Source of the DNA: a bacterium
Lineage (GTDB): Bacteria; SZUA-182; DTGQ01; JAFGSM01
Assembly: GCA_049472355.1 (NCBI GenBank)
Contig: JBLIRP010000003.1
Coordinates: forward strand, 2,636-66,635
Length of the DNA: 64,000 bases
Direction of reading: 5' to 3'
Every line of letters begins with the position of its first letter. Position 1 is the stretch's first letter. A program made the position numbers and the translations under genes. A model generated the notes under the pieces. That model was not told the origin of the DNA, did no database searches, and saw nothing but the letters and a program-made list of their open reading frames with translations. This document shows positions 30,501-37,256 of this stretch, in pieces.

Positions 30501-32265
30501 TTCCACCGCCTGAATTTTCCGTAATAGTACAGTTGGTTATGATTGGTGAACTCTCATTATGGCAAGATATCCCGCCACCAAAATTGGCTGTATTGTTTCT
30601 GATAATGCAATTAGTAATAATTGGAGAAGAATCCTCACAATATATCCCCCCACCCACCCTGGGATCCAGACCGGAGCCAGGGCCTGCTGAATTTTCTGTA
30701 ATAGTACAATTGATTATGATTGGTGAACTCCCAGTAAGGCAATATATCCCACCACCAAACATGGTGACTGTATTGTTACTAATAGTGCAATTAGCAATAG
30801 TTGGAGAAGAACCCACGCAATATATTCCGCCACCATTACTAGTATGACCATTTCTGATGGTAAATCCCTCTACAATGGAATTATCTCCTTCTCCACTATG
30901 AAAATGAAATCCCTGCCCTGAGCCTTCACATTCAATAATACAGTTTCTCGGGCCTTTTTGTGATTCAATCCTGATTGCCTTACCATTAAAATCAATATTC
31001 TTATTGCCAGGTCCTGTGTAGATCCCATTTGCAACCAACACAGTATCCCAATCATCGGCAGCATTTATGGCTTCTTGTATAGTAGAGTAATTAGCAGGGA
31101 CATGGATTAAGCGGTTTTTTTCATAAGCACCCATATCACTGATAAAAAAACCATCCCTATCTCCATCTAGTGGCCTGATTCTCCCGTCTTTATCAGCTAT
31201 TAATGGTATAATGTTAAAGCCTGCATCAATACAGGGTGACTGCTCCTGAAGGTGATAATCTCCTGCATCTATATTCACAAACAAGGGATCAGTATTAATG
31301 TTGCCTATCCCACTGTAACCACCCTGAATGTCGGAATAGGTAATTGTACACGTACTATGATGATCAAAGATTTGATCTGGAGAATTATTCCAGAAAATAG
31401 AGTTAATAATCTCTGTTGCAGTTCCCTGTTCGCAATAAAGCCCACCACCATGCTGAGAGGCCGAATTATTAAACATAACACAATGGACACAATACGGAGA
31501 AGCATTGTGGGCGCAATATATGCCGCCCCCAGAGTTTGATGAATTCCCTGACATTATGCAGTTTGTAATAGTGGATGAAGAATTAGATCCATAAAAAATT
31601 CCACCGCCACCGACTGCTGTGTTACTTCTGATATCACAATTAGTAATATCTAAAGAAGAATCCGCACAATATATACCTCCCCCAGTGTCTGCTGAATTCC
31701 CTGAGATTATGCAATTTGTTATTGTAGATGAAGAATTAGATCCATAAAAAATTCCACCGCCAACACTGTTTACCGTATTGTTACTAATATTACAACTAGT
31801 AAGAGATGGAGATGAACCCAGGCAATATATACCTCCACCATCACTGCTAGCGGTATTGTTACTGATATTACAGTTAGTAATAGTTGGAGAAGAATTCACA
31901 CAATATATCCCGCCACCTTGAATAGCCAATCCATTGCGTATAGTCAATCCATTCAAAACAGCATTACTTCCTTCTCCACTCTCAAAGGTTACTACTGTTC
32001 CTGACCCTTCCCCATCTATAATCGTGGCTGCCGGATCTTCCCCTTGGATAGTAATTTCCATTCCCCAAAAATCAATATTTTCATTATAGGTGCCAGGCGC
32101 TACGATGATTACATCCCCATCAACTGCATGAGCAATAGCCATCTGAATATATTGATAGTCATCCGGTACATAGATTTCCGCTGCCTGGGCATTCACAAAA
32201 AAGAAGAAACAAACTCCTATAATAAAAAACAGGGTACTGAATAAAGCAACAAAAACTTTTTTCAT
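18541..32265 (-). CDS. Giant (4574 aa) secreted multidomain protein: parallel beta-helices, LVIVD repeats, IPT/Ig folds, 3 LamG domains, TSP3 Ca-binding repeats, and a C25 (gingipain-like) propeptide and peptidase
   Basis: Signal peptide (..AQA). GGGIYC..SSPTITNC repeats. YAYVADG.SGLQVID repeats. FDGVDDYI..IDEVRMY LamG motifs. DNCPD.PNPDQ.D.DGDG repeats. C25 motifs YILLVGD, TDLYY, PDVFVGRIS, RDHG, SICCQSG, LFGDP. C-terminal LWPPNH..LRSER..VPHD domain. Confidence 0.92.
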   Translation of the reverse strand: MKKVFVALFSTLFFIIGVCFFFFVNAQAAEIYVPDDYQYIQMAIAHAVDGDVIIVAPGTYNENIDFWGMEITIQGEDPAATIIDGEGSGTVVTFESGEGSNAVLNGLTIRNGLAIQGGGIYCVNSSPTITNCNISNNTASSDGGGIYCLGSSPSLTSCNISNNTVNSVGGGIFYGSNSSSTITNCIISGNSADTGGGIYCADSSLDITNCDIRSNTAVGGGGIFYGSNSSSTITNCIMSGNSSNSGGGIYCAHNASPYCVHCVMFNNSASQHGGGLYCEQGTATEIINSIFWNNSPDQIFDHHSTCTITYSDIQGGYSGIGNINTDPLFVNIDAGDYHLQEQSPCIDAGFNIIPLIADKDGRIRPLDGDRDGFFISDMGAYEKNRLIHVPANYSTIQEAINAADDWDTVLVANGIYTGPGNKNIDFNGKAIRIESQKGPRNCIIECEGSGQGFHFHSGEGDNSIVEGFTIRNGHTSNGGGIYCVGSSPTIANCTISNNTVTMFGGGIYCLTGSSPIIINCTITENSAGPGSGLDPRVGGGIYCEDSSPIITNCIIRNNTANFGGGISCHNESSPIITNCTITENSGGGIDCAFPSLTTATITNCIIWNNSHGAITLAGTGMGEFPGEFPSVTYSDIQGGFQGSNNINVDPLFNGRVWGDFSLSPHSPCIDMGDPRSTLYTDINGNRRPWDGDGDGIPRTDMGAYEYASENWHPMPPYGFLWPMTLNVYSPPDPFSNRKCPPLNELPKWSAVPLQAAPVMVGTSSDDPIDPWGFVVIVYNLSMDYGGGLAYFDLDTDTFLPYPPPGFTDPEGNPIPLDLPPDVGLRPPIDEAEFNQIKAIADQVYQTTYNCLPVSILSVDPLNVPWGESPIVTVSGQNFLTPEVALRPTKQWGIGVPSGYGGYLARYGELGEGTPSPAQASGIYVSGDYAFVANGYSGLSIVNIKGEEFRVESSCDTPGYAKYVAVSGNYAYVVDGQAGLQVIDIQDAASPVLIGSCETTGMASGIFIGGSYAHIADGDTGLAIIDISNPADPTLVGSVSTPDFANRVFVSDSYAYVADGLSGLQVIDVSNPMNPFIVGTCITPDIAYDVAVEGSYAYVAAGDSGLQVIDISNPASPFILSSLNTEDTATSIDLAGFGAPPCVILGGEFGIKVAGVEDPDGDQLFKQIYKNDIPDGTVTDLFVQGNQAFVVNGTGIYKIIFPITIETVTYIDSETFAFNIPSELPPGYYGLQVRNSDGGFAVRSKPIINFHPSGDTDYDGIPDAWEVTWGTDFTRANADSEQDADGLTNGEEYDNGTDPDNPDTDGDGFNDGIEVEMGTDPTDPSSYPPEISPDPATTYDDLVVDYPPLPPGAKAIINWNPTSLLNMPFEANGGSEATLAKDYSQLANNGVVYGAVWNSTGGPDGSGAYDFDGVDDYIQVGQDLFEDKFQGSIEAWIKRDSINHVDPIISHSVSDSKSSLCFGLHPSYGLYVQLYVPPAYNNMIATNEHLQAGQWSHVILTSDGDKYKIYIDGQEVPLTVATGENDGRWFGHFSLHTPVTHDFRIGRFQNVNGNYQFDGMIDEVRMYDRPLSAEQVLENFQKGYDTIVKHETRAAEYWTACVTPNDGNHDGPEVCSNTVKIHLGINNHPPVVSDVALGPVSATDDDDLTVTCTTSDADGNPVDHIINWYMNDIPITLLNMPFKADSALSMADWTKDYSPAGNHGTVHGARWERQGGHDSLEGAYKFDGRNDYIQVGQNLYMSESTGAIEAWINCDNAAGDVIFSSSVPDSKSYMSFGVSDIYNLYFQHYIGGHTDNVLIHTITALGPGWHHVVVTSDGFEYKLYTDGIEETLTVAYGVNNGHWFEDLPESLTHEVRIGRLETLLGDYHIEGIIDEVRVYNRALSAEQIQALYQGQKDTIVSQETTGGDSWEACVTPHDGVEDGSEVCSSPLTIHLDTDGDGVPDYIDNCPDVPNPDQADTDGTQATDLVSYWKLDEGAGTTAADSINSNHGILLNDPLWTDGRSLTALSFDGIDDYIEVPDSPTLNNPTFTLEAWIYLNQDLGNTQKRIISKQFSLTHTYGMEVFGVGYGGATGNQINFHTSNGAGWTNLVSRTHLSTHTWYHVVATYDASEKRIYINGQFDSSQSYENQTVDIPAPLTIGALKMIDPQQFGFVFNGHIDEVAIYDRALTAEEILQHYQNGLAGYGYLSDGIGDVCDNCPDVPNPDQADTDGDGIGDTCDSDNVVLHSVCGSPSIDGVLDEGEWDYAASQDFPVNIPGGGTVDGGMLVMNDAFNLYIAIWANHADVGNSASISFDKDGVIEPPDDLILYNPEIEEIGFLDEARTTDPDLCPCAPECICTVSDTEQGGTRNGRGAFSNSSGVTVYEFSHPLNSGDIYDMAISAGDPIRFNVEIRFVRPPSEWPEDFGDTSFPALSHAVGGQYGVMETVQCLSQIAFSFDPMVGLDIGFMGGPGGYIFFPTMPIGYEYDKCDFPVLGLSDDPDAPYYLAMVPVEMDWENPPVQYSPYPPFVPLTEEPQGPVILLAAFEWDPYKDTAFPAIPIRWGEVEDGMRLIFDPPISEPITPVSLQYTYDSVDRMLQLSFEWPDRTAEYEFMVPTWEDPFSFITWDSTVKSSLRLSLADQAGFFISRDRLFMARPYEPNVFFSSDPLADDAQITFSWEPQGDASFRIVPFMGYSAIGISEEMLKFYPVNPAEDLFIRVMPLFWDTANHTVLDLMVIPVYWDGTDVRYPIIPFRTTSEGEVGLLIVPVIKSVDDPWDGEADLTFPVADYIWNGTDEITITVTVEGEEHTISLQWNGNGPDGASFTCIGPVNASIRNLPTIYLDEESLLLRLFSMPPDKNYRWFALPPYNILWSGWSPILSPPDPVTGIPTPLIDSFTTDTILSVPALVWDPYKVKPWWSYYTPDGIYYYDDIYGLNPWPPPYLLDPITGLPNPISLPVGYSYLPLPDLEWLQDSLFSANQAFENAFGCQAFSIFEVNPSAWANTVSTWVTISGGGFQPGPPGPQVDFVPEGGSETIPISPVEFIDPDCMRFLVPAGLAEGTYHIIVTNPDGGQAMRYNAYTVEPPRVWTPFIPDAADDLHSITLKSSDTTGIALDSDFPGMYRTNIRVDGEVYHRLDIPHAFHTTTIGSPRLPVIRRYLEIPYDVDVTVEILYAVPAIWEGYNVYPVQQPRIDMAVPEGMAREIEFFKDNEVYSKNEFYPPKSVSIGEPIIIRGHRIIPIVFFPVQFNPVTQQLKVYPKIEVRINYDKPAQIQGIEERLEAKAFEALCESFILNYKPADRYPTRIYKEIGSPSVDYLIITDNSFVTALQPLADWKERKGLRTEIVDTSSIATLPITADDITNYLQNAYNTWNPPPTYILLVGDAEFIPPHYRTPHPSDMHGGFDIATDLYYGTLDGSDRFPDVFVGRISVDSVAQTTTIVNKILDYERNPTNDADFYANISACAFFQDQDYPETPTINELDGFEDRRFVLTSEEIRDLLVGEGYSVERIYCTNSALIPTNYNNGDYDAGLPLPDALQPPFPWNGNTADITNAIQDGRLIMNFRDHGLSRNFWDHVSGIQGWFDGWDNPRFTTDDFTAFSNPDRLPVVFSICCQSGWFDGETDRYTWNYECFCEQLLRHQTGAIAVFGATRNSYSGYNDDLIRGFYDAMWPDFDPTMSTGAIFELGQIHTYGKVHMAVTPKPWWGDPKIELTTLEEFHLFGDPEMSIWTEQPKALTVNHPSRIGSDGLHGSQEFVVNVTDADGPVHFAAVSLLKEDDVRKVEYTDPSGNAIFRITPSTGGDMYITVTHHNCLPYEGQITVTDNGAHITLSPDLGSEGIPLIIAGSGFGFSETVDIKFGDISIGSASSIFGNLVGLNFTVPDAPEGPTNVVAEGQETHRDAVAVFRVLPDEPLPDPYSYSQWDPATWNLDASGDCVWDSPSIQLYEGDVVVSSADLMQGTTYTIKADIYNSRLVKADDTQVTFKWALWGTGQKTWNHIDTVPVDVPSAQPGPVEASVEWVPTTDGHVCIVVEIDHPWDCNLDNNKGQENTHVEPIDSPGVITLDVTNPFEQPGLVYLELFQIDGSSPWGTRIDREYPQVLGPGETQTAIITVVAPPYAETGETRTFEVTSYIDREKIGGVQFDVVKDKPPVVSPPAVITPSVGEYVTFVVSYTDIDNHPPLENHLKVVIFKDGEPISVNPYIMYEKDPDDTNYADGKSYECFVTLYEPGEYSCYVYASDGLTAPVPSSIVVVEIQDSDNDGRPDYLDNCPDVANPDQSDIDGDDQGDVCDPCPNSPTDICIPVQSGVTTVGQGGGGVTNQSETVTIEVPENAVLKNTVLAITGYDPSQTNVGFLVPETLTASTSVYDITASYPLSGPVDLTLVYEEPANADEESLGVFRSVDGMQWELEPAVQDLILNTLTSSVDSFSFYVVALLDSDLDDVPDPEDNCPDTPNPDQMDTDGDGIGDVCDPCDNRPITGDICPSKETLWPPNHEMVPITIDVSGLTMRNPDTSVSITSVSISEYSDQEGSETYGEIVYDENDFEPDYVITGDLSLNLRSERTGPSQGRTYTITVTASDCSGGYTFETQVIVPHDQGN

Positions 32266-32947
32266 GAGCTTTGCCTCCTTACGGTTTTATGTATGATGAG
32301 ATAACCTATGCTTTTATGTCCCGTATGATGCAGAACAGGATTTATAAAACGCTATCCTCAGCCGGATATTTAATGAATTGGCCGTAATTCTTTGACTAAA
32401 AAGATAGTAAAAAAACAGTAAAAGGATTTTTTGGAAAAGCACATGAACAAAAACCAATTAAACGACTACATCATAGTTATAAAAGCAAGCGATATGATGC
32501 GCAGGTGAGATTACGTTCCTGGTTCCAATAGCACATGCCGTGAGACGATGGGTATTGCTGCGAAATCCCAATGGAACAGGTTTGTGTGAGAGAAAAGGAT
32601 TTCGGGCAGGAGAAATCGTGGGAAAATAAAGGACTGAAAAACGAAATTCGATTTGTAAATGATGGTTTTTTCCCTATCAAATCCCCTTTTCAAAGGTTAA
32701 GCAATAGGAAAATATGTACATCGTATATCTTCCTATCCATGCATAAAGCCAGCGTCATTTTAGATTATGAAATAAAAAAAGGAATATTTATTATTATAAA
32801 GAATAGACTATCAAGACATGATAGTATGCGCTATATATATCACGATATAAAAATTTGTCAAGAACCAAATAAGATAAAAATGAACTCAATTCTTTTCGGC
32901 TTGATACCCTTTCTCATTAGCATCAAACACTGGGTTGGGCGATCGGG

Positions 32948-33072
32948 ATCGAGATCGGGGACGCGGGCGAATTCGGCGAGACCCTCTCGGAGGAGCTCCA
33001 CGGGCAACTCGAGGGTATCTACAAGAACGTGCGTTCCGTGGTATCCGGGTTTGCGCAGATGGAGATGTGATC
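32948..33072 (+). pseudogene. Orphan duplicate of the last ~41 codons of the maturation protease (right direct repeat)
   Basis: Encodes IEIGDAGEFGETLSEELHGQLEGIYKNVRSVVSGFAQMEM* with no upstream gene body. Confidence 0.92.
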
Positions 33073-33088
33073 AATCCCGCCCTTGATA

Positions 33089-34051
33089 CTATAGGTCATG
33101 GATGGATTTCCTCGGGCTGGCCCTTTTCTTGAAACGCATCTTGAAGGGAATGTCCCAATTGACCTTGACGAAGAAGGCGAAATCATCGTCGGTGTCATGG
33201 ATGCCGCAGCGCACCCCGGCCCCCAGATCCAGATCGCCCCGTATCCATGGATGGCTCTTCTGGGTGAGGACCCAATACACCCCGGTCCTGACATACACGC
33301 TGTTTTGACTCCCTCCGTCGATCCCCGTGGTGACCCACTCGGTATCAAGGGAATATCTGCAAAACCGGGTAGGCAGTGAAAGGCCGACCAGCATACTCAG
33401 GGAGTTGTATGCGGATGTCTCCACCAGCATTTCGATGTTGTCCGGGGAACCCGAAAGGATGTCCAGATTGATATCCGTCAGCAGCAGCATATTATACCAC
33501 TCCGGGAATGTTTTGGTGAAGATGATCTGGGGCCTGTAATGGTAGGTATGGTACTCCTCGGGAGTATCCTCATCGTTGTTGATTGTCGGGATCTGAACGG
33601 AAAAGGCGGTTATGGTATTTACATAGGGCCTGAAGAGTTTTTTCAGATGGTATTTGGTGCCGATGGAGATATCGGACATGCCGTTCCTGTCCTCACCCCT
33701 GGTGGGATTATTGATAAAGGTGTTGAGCCTGAGAAAAAGCTCCCAGTTGGGTGCAAGTTCATATTTGAAATCGATAGGCGGACGCAGGCACTCGTCCTGG
33801 ATGGTATCCGATACCTTGGGCTTGATGGATATTTCAAGATTTTCAATGTGCGGCATACCAGGGAAGATCTTTCCGGAGGGCTCCCCATCACAACTCATTT
33901 CTTCGGCGGTCTCTTCCATGGTTTGCTCAACCGGAACGCTGCGTTCCTCAGGAAAAGCGGGGATTGGAAAAAAGACGAGAACGAGGAGTATCCATATGAT
34001 TATATCACGCAGTGGTGAGAAGCGACGTGATCGGATACGGCTTTTCATCAT
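33089..34051 (-). CDS. Secreted protein, possibly an outer-membrane beta-barrel of the MetA/phenol-degradation transporter type
   Basis: Signal peptide, GMSDISIGTKY motif, amphipathic beta-strand pattern near the C-terminus. Confidence 0.5.
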   Translation of the reverse strand: MMKSRIRSRRFSPLRDIIIWILLVLVFFPIPAFPEERSVPVEQTMEETAEEMSCDGEPSGKIFPGMPHIENLEISIKPKVSDTIQDECLRPPIDFKYELAPNWELFLRLNTFINNPTRGEDRNGMSDISIGTKYHLKKLFRPYVNTITAFSVQIPTINNDEDTPEEYHTYHYRPQIIFTKTFPEWYNMLLLTDINLDILSGSPDNIEMLVETSAYNSLSMLVGLSLPTRFCRYSLDTEWVTTGIDGGSQNSVYVRTGVYWVLTQKSHPWIRGDLDLGAGVRCGIHDTDDDFAFFVKVNWDIPFKMRFKKRASPRKSIHDL

Positions 34052-34513
34052 ATGATATCCTAAGCTATATGTTATTATATTATTTGGTTTTCTCTCCTAT
34101 GGCTTCTCCTTTCATATCCACCCATGTCCCCTATAACATATATCGGAATCCTCGCCCTCGTTAATCCCCCGGCGCACAATCTACGGCCTTGCTCCGCGGG
34201 GGATTCATGCGATGGAAAAAGCTGTTTTCTTGTTTGTCTGTTCACGTGAGCATGATGGGATTCATGCCGCCGATCCGTTGCTTGCGGGGTGGCGAACGGC
34301 GTGGGAATTTTATAGACAAACTGCGCAATCACGCTATTGTGTTGATTTCTTGACAACACATTGATGCGTCTATAAGATGCAATTTTTGTAATTGATAACC
34401 CCTGCAAATGCCGAATAGTGTATGAGTATTATGAGATCACACCGGCCGGAGAATGACGAAAAGGCCCGTGCCGGGCTTCTTAGTATTCCCTGAGCCATGC
34501 GCGAGGTTCGATC

Positions 34514-35788
34514 ATGAGACCAAAACCAAATAATGATGCGGGCAAGATGAAACACAAGGGTGCCGTTATCCTGGGCGCTTTCCTGATGGGGATGATCTGC
34601 GGGTGTGTGGGTGTGCCCAGGAATGAATTGCCCCTGTACCAGCGGTCAATGATCATCGAGAACAAGGCCATGGAGGATCGAATCCTCGCCAAGGCCTCGC
34701 TGGTGGAAACCGCTGATCCCAATGTGAATAATATAAGGATCCTCTCTGTGAGCGGGACGCCCTACGAGATGGGATTTCAGCATGGAAGGCTCCTGAGGGA
34801 GGATGCGCAGGCCAATGTCCACCGGGTGGTCACGTTGGCGAAGACCCTCGGCACCGAGGATATGCTTGATGAGATATACGATCTCATGGCGCCCTACATC
34901 CCCATTGAAGAGAAGGAGGAGATGCGGGGGCTGGCCCATGGCGCGGACATCCCCCTGAGGGTCATCCACTGGTTTCATGCCGTGCCGGAGATCTCCGAAT
35001 ACGGGCCCAAGCGGAGGTTCCTCAAGCAGACCAGTTGCAGCAATGTGGTCACCTTCGGAAAGTCCACGGCGGACGGAGAGCTGTACCATCTCCGGGTCCT
35101 GGACTGGATACGGCGGATGGGGGTGCAACGGCGGCCCGTTATCCTGGTCCACCGGCCTGATTCAGGCAATGCATCGGTTGCCTTCACCTTTGCCGGGTTC
35201 ATCGGCTGCGTGTCCGGAATGAACGAAAAACAAATGAGCTTCGGTGAGATGGGGTATGGGGACCCCCCGGGGGAGAGCCTGGAGGGAATTCCCTTCGTAT
35301 TCCTGTTCCGGAAGCTCATGCGGGAGGCCAATACACTCGATGAGGCATACGAAATCATTCAACATGCCCGCAGGACCTGTTCCTATATCTTCATGATCAC
35401 CGACGCCAAGGCGGAGGATGATGCAAAGAAGGCGCTGCTGTTTATGACGGACAGGAACAGGCTCAAGGTATTCGGGGAGAACACCCCGTTGACGGATGAG
35501 CGGGAGGGCACGGAATATCCGCCCATTGATGACGTGATCTATGGCGGGGCGCGGATGGAGGAGACCTATGAGGGGATTTCGGCACAGTACGGCCGGATCG
35601 ACCCCGGCGTATTGATGTGGCTTGCCCGGGCCATCGCCTTGAAGGGAAACATGCAGAATGTCGTCTTCAAGCCGGGGACCCTCGAGGCATGGGTGTCGCA
35701 CGCCGCCAATGATACACGGGACGAACAGGGCAGGGCGTGCAATCAGCAATGGTTTTATTTTGACTTCGGGGACGCCGTGGGGAGGTGA
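34514..35788 (+). CDS. C45-family Ntn hydrolase/acyltransferase (acid-ceramidase-like), probable lipoprotein
   Basis: GTPYEMGFQHG, EEMRGLAHG, autoproteolytic SCS..TADG..RVLDW, GMNE. Lipobox-like ICGC. Confidence 0.85.
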   Translation: MRPKPNNDAGKMKHKGAVILGAFLMGMICGCVGVPRNELPLYQRSMIIENKAMEDRILAKASLVETADPNVNNIRILSVSGTPYEMGFQHGRLLREDAQANVHRVVTLAKTLGTEDMLDEIYDLMAPYIPIEEKEEMRGLAHGADIPLRVIHWFHAVPEISEYGPKRRFLKQTSCSNVVTFGKSTADGELYHLRVLDWIRRMGVQRRPVILVHRPDSGNASVAFTFAGFIGCVSGMNEKQMSFGEMGYGDPPGESLEGIPFVFLFRKLMREANTLDEAYEIIQHARRTCSYIFMITDAKAEDDAKKALLFMTDRNRLKVFGENTPLTDEREGTEYPPIDDVIYGGARMEETYEGISAQYGRIDPGVLMWLARAIALKGNMQNVVFKPGTLEAWVSHAANDTRDEQGRACNQQWFYFDFGDAVGR

Positions 35789-35792
35789 CCCA

Positions 35793-36758
35793 TCATCCCC
35801 CTTCAAACCGTTTTTTGAAGAATTTCAGGGACTCGCTCTTGATATAAAAGATATACGGGTACGCGGTGTAGTGTCCTGAAAACAGCACGATGGTCTCCGG
35901 CCTTCCGATCCTTTCCCGCAACTCCTTCCCCTTGGCATACGGCACGATCTTGTCGAATAGGGCCAGAATCATCAGCACATCCTTTGCATCGATGTATTCG
36001 GCATAATTCATGGGGTCGCAGGTGATCGTTTCTCTCAATCTTCCATAGAGCGTATCAGGGGTGAGGTCCCTTTCCTTCAGGAACCGGTTCTTCTCCTTGA
36101 CGATGCCCTCCTCCTTTGAATAGGTGAGCAGGTACGGGATGTCTCCCGCTGCCAGCGCGATGACACTTGCATCGATCCGGTCATCGAGTGCGCTGATCAG
36201 GGAGCTCTTGATCCCTCCCATACTCACTCCGAACACGCCGATCTTACTCTTGTCCAGGTCTTCCTGCGTCTCGATCCAGTCGATGACCTGCATCAGATCG
36301 AAGACGATCTGTTTCAACGTGGTGTCGATGGTGTCAATATGCCGCAGCCGTTTGTGTTCCTTCTGCCTCAGCACCAGGACCGATGCATATCCATGCTCGG
36401 AGAAATATGCGGCAAAATTCCTTGTAATCTTGTACGAACCTCCCAGAATGGGCAGCACCATGATCACGGGCCGTTTGTCGTCTCCGTGGATGTCATAATA
36501 ATGGATGACGATGTCATGATCGCCGGGAAATACGCTCTTCGCTGACTTGAAATCGATCCGTTTTATTGCATAGGTACTGTTTTCTTCGAGCATCCTTTCA
36601 TTGTAAACCACGTTATTCTTTGTATATGAAAATTCCTTTTTTATGGCCTCCGGCAATGGTTTCGGACCCGAGTAATTCGCGTTCAGAGAATAGTGGGCGC
36701 ACCCGGTCACCATGAGACAAATGACAATAGACAGTAATAGGATACGAGGATAAATCAT
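35793..36758 (-). CDS. Alpha/beta-hydrolase lipoprotein
   Basis: Lipobox VTGC, nucleophile elbow GVSMGG, FDKIVP, SGHYT. Confidence 0.85.
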   Translation of the reverse strand: MIYPRILLLSIVICLMVTGCAHYSLNANYSGPKPLPEAIKKEFSYTKNNVVYNERMLEENSTYAIKRIDFKSAKSVFPGDHDIVIHYYDIHGDDKRPVIMVLPILGGSYKITRNFAAYFSEHGYASVLVLRQKEHKRLRHIDTIDTTLKQIVFDLMQVIDWIETQEDLDKSKIGVFGVSMGGIKSSLISALDDRIDASVIALAAGDIPYLLTYSKEEGIVKEKNRFLKERDLTPDTLYGRLRETITCDPMNYAEYIDAKDVLMILALFDKIVPYAKGKELRERIGRPETIVLFSGHYTAYPYIFYIKSESLKFFKKRFEGG

Positions 36759-37256
36759 AGTTCTTTCCATGGAAAACACCTGATGTAAATATGTTTGCCT
36801 GTAAACATGCCCTTTGCTGACATTTTTTTCATCTGAGAAAAAAATATCACACCTCCCATTCACAACCCCTTTCCTTGCCATACAATATATTTGAGAAATT
36901 GAATCAAAAATATAAAATAATATTCTGCAAATAGTATGCCGTGTATACGCAGACCGCCGGTCGTTATCCGGTCCTTTATTCGCTCGGAAAAGGTGCGCTG
37001 TTCAGGGTGTCGTGCGCAGTAATGAACGTACTATGGAGCGATGGACCCTACGCGCGGGAATGTACAGCGAAAGAGGCATGCGGCATGCTGGTGCAGCCCT
37101 GCCATGAATGCCGACCGGCTGAATCGGAAGGGTGATCCGCAAAGCTGTGCGGGGTTATGTGAAAGGGGTATAGGGAATGTGCCGTATTCCATGCGTTGAC
37201 GGCATTATACGAAAGGGATCATCTTACCCCATGAAGGGAGACCCTTACCAGCTCGT

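Larger units (their letters stand above)
17543..33072. mobile_element. Putative genomic island (hicAB plus giant secreted protein), no integrase
   Basis: Bounded by the 125-bp direct repeat. Carries a TA module and AT-richer segments. Confidence 0.7.

Noticed and set aside
30400-32000. Repeats in the giant gene as a CRISPR array or DGR template/variable pair
   Set aside because: They are in-frame beta-helix coding repeats with no constant repeat-spacer pattern. No cas or reverse transcriptase gene is present.
32948-33072. 125-bp duplicate as a DGR TR/VR pair
   Set aside because: Mismatches are at third codon positions and are not adenine-specific, and there is no RT nearby.
32571-33086. 171-aa ORF upstream of the giant gene
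   Set aside because: It runs across AT-rich promoter-like DNA and reads the protease duplicate out of frame, so it is likely spurious.
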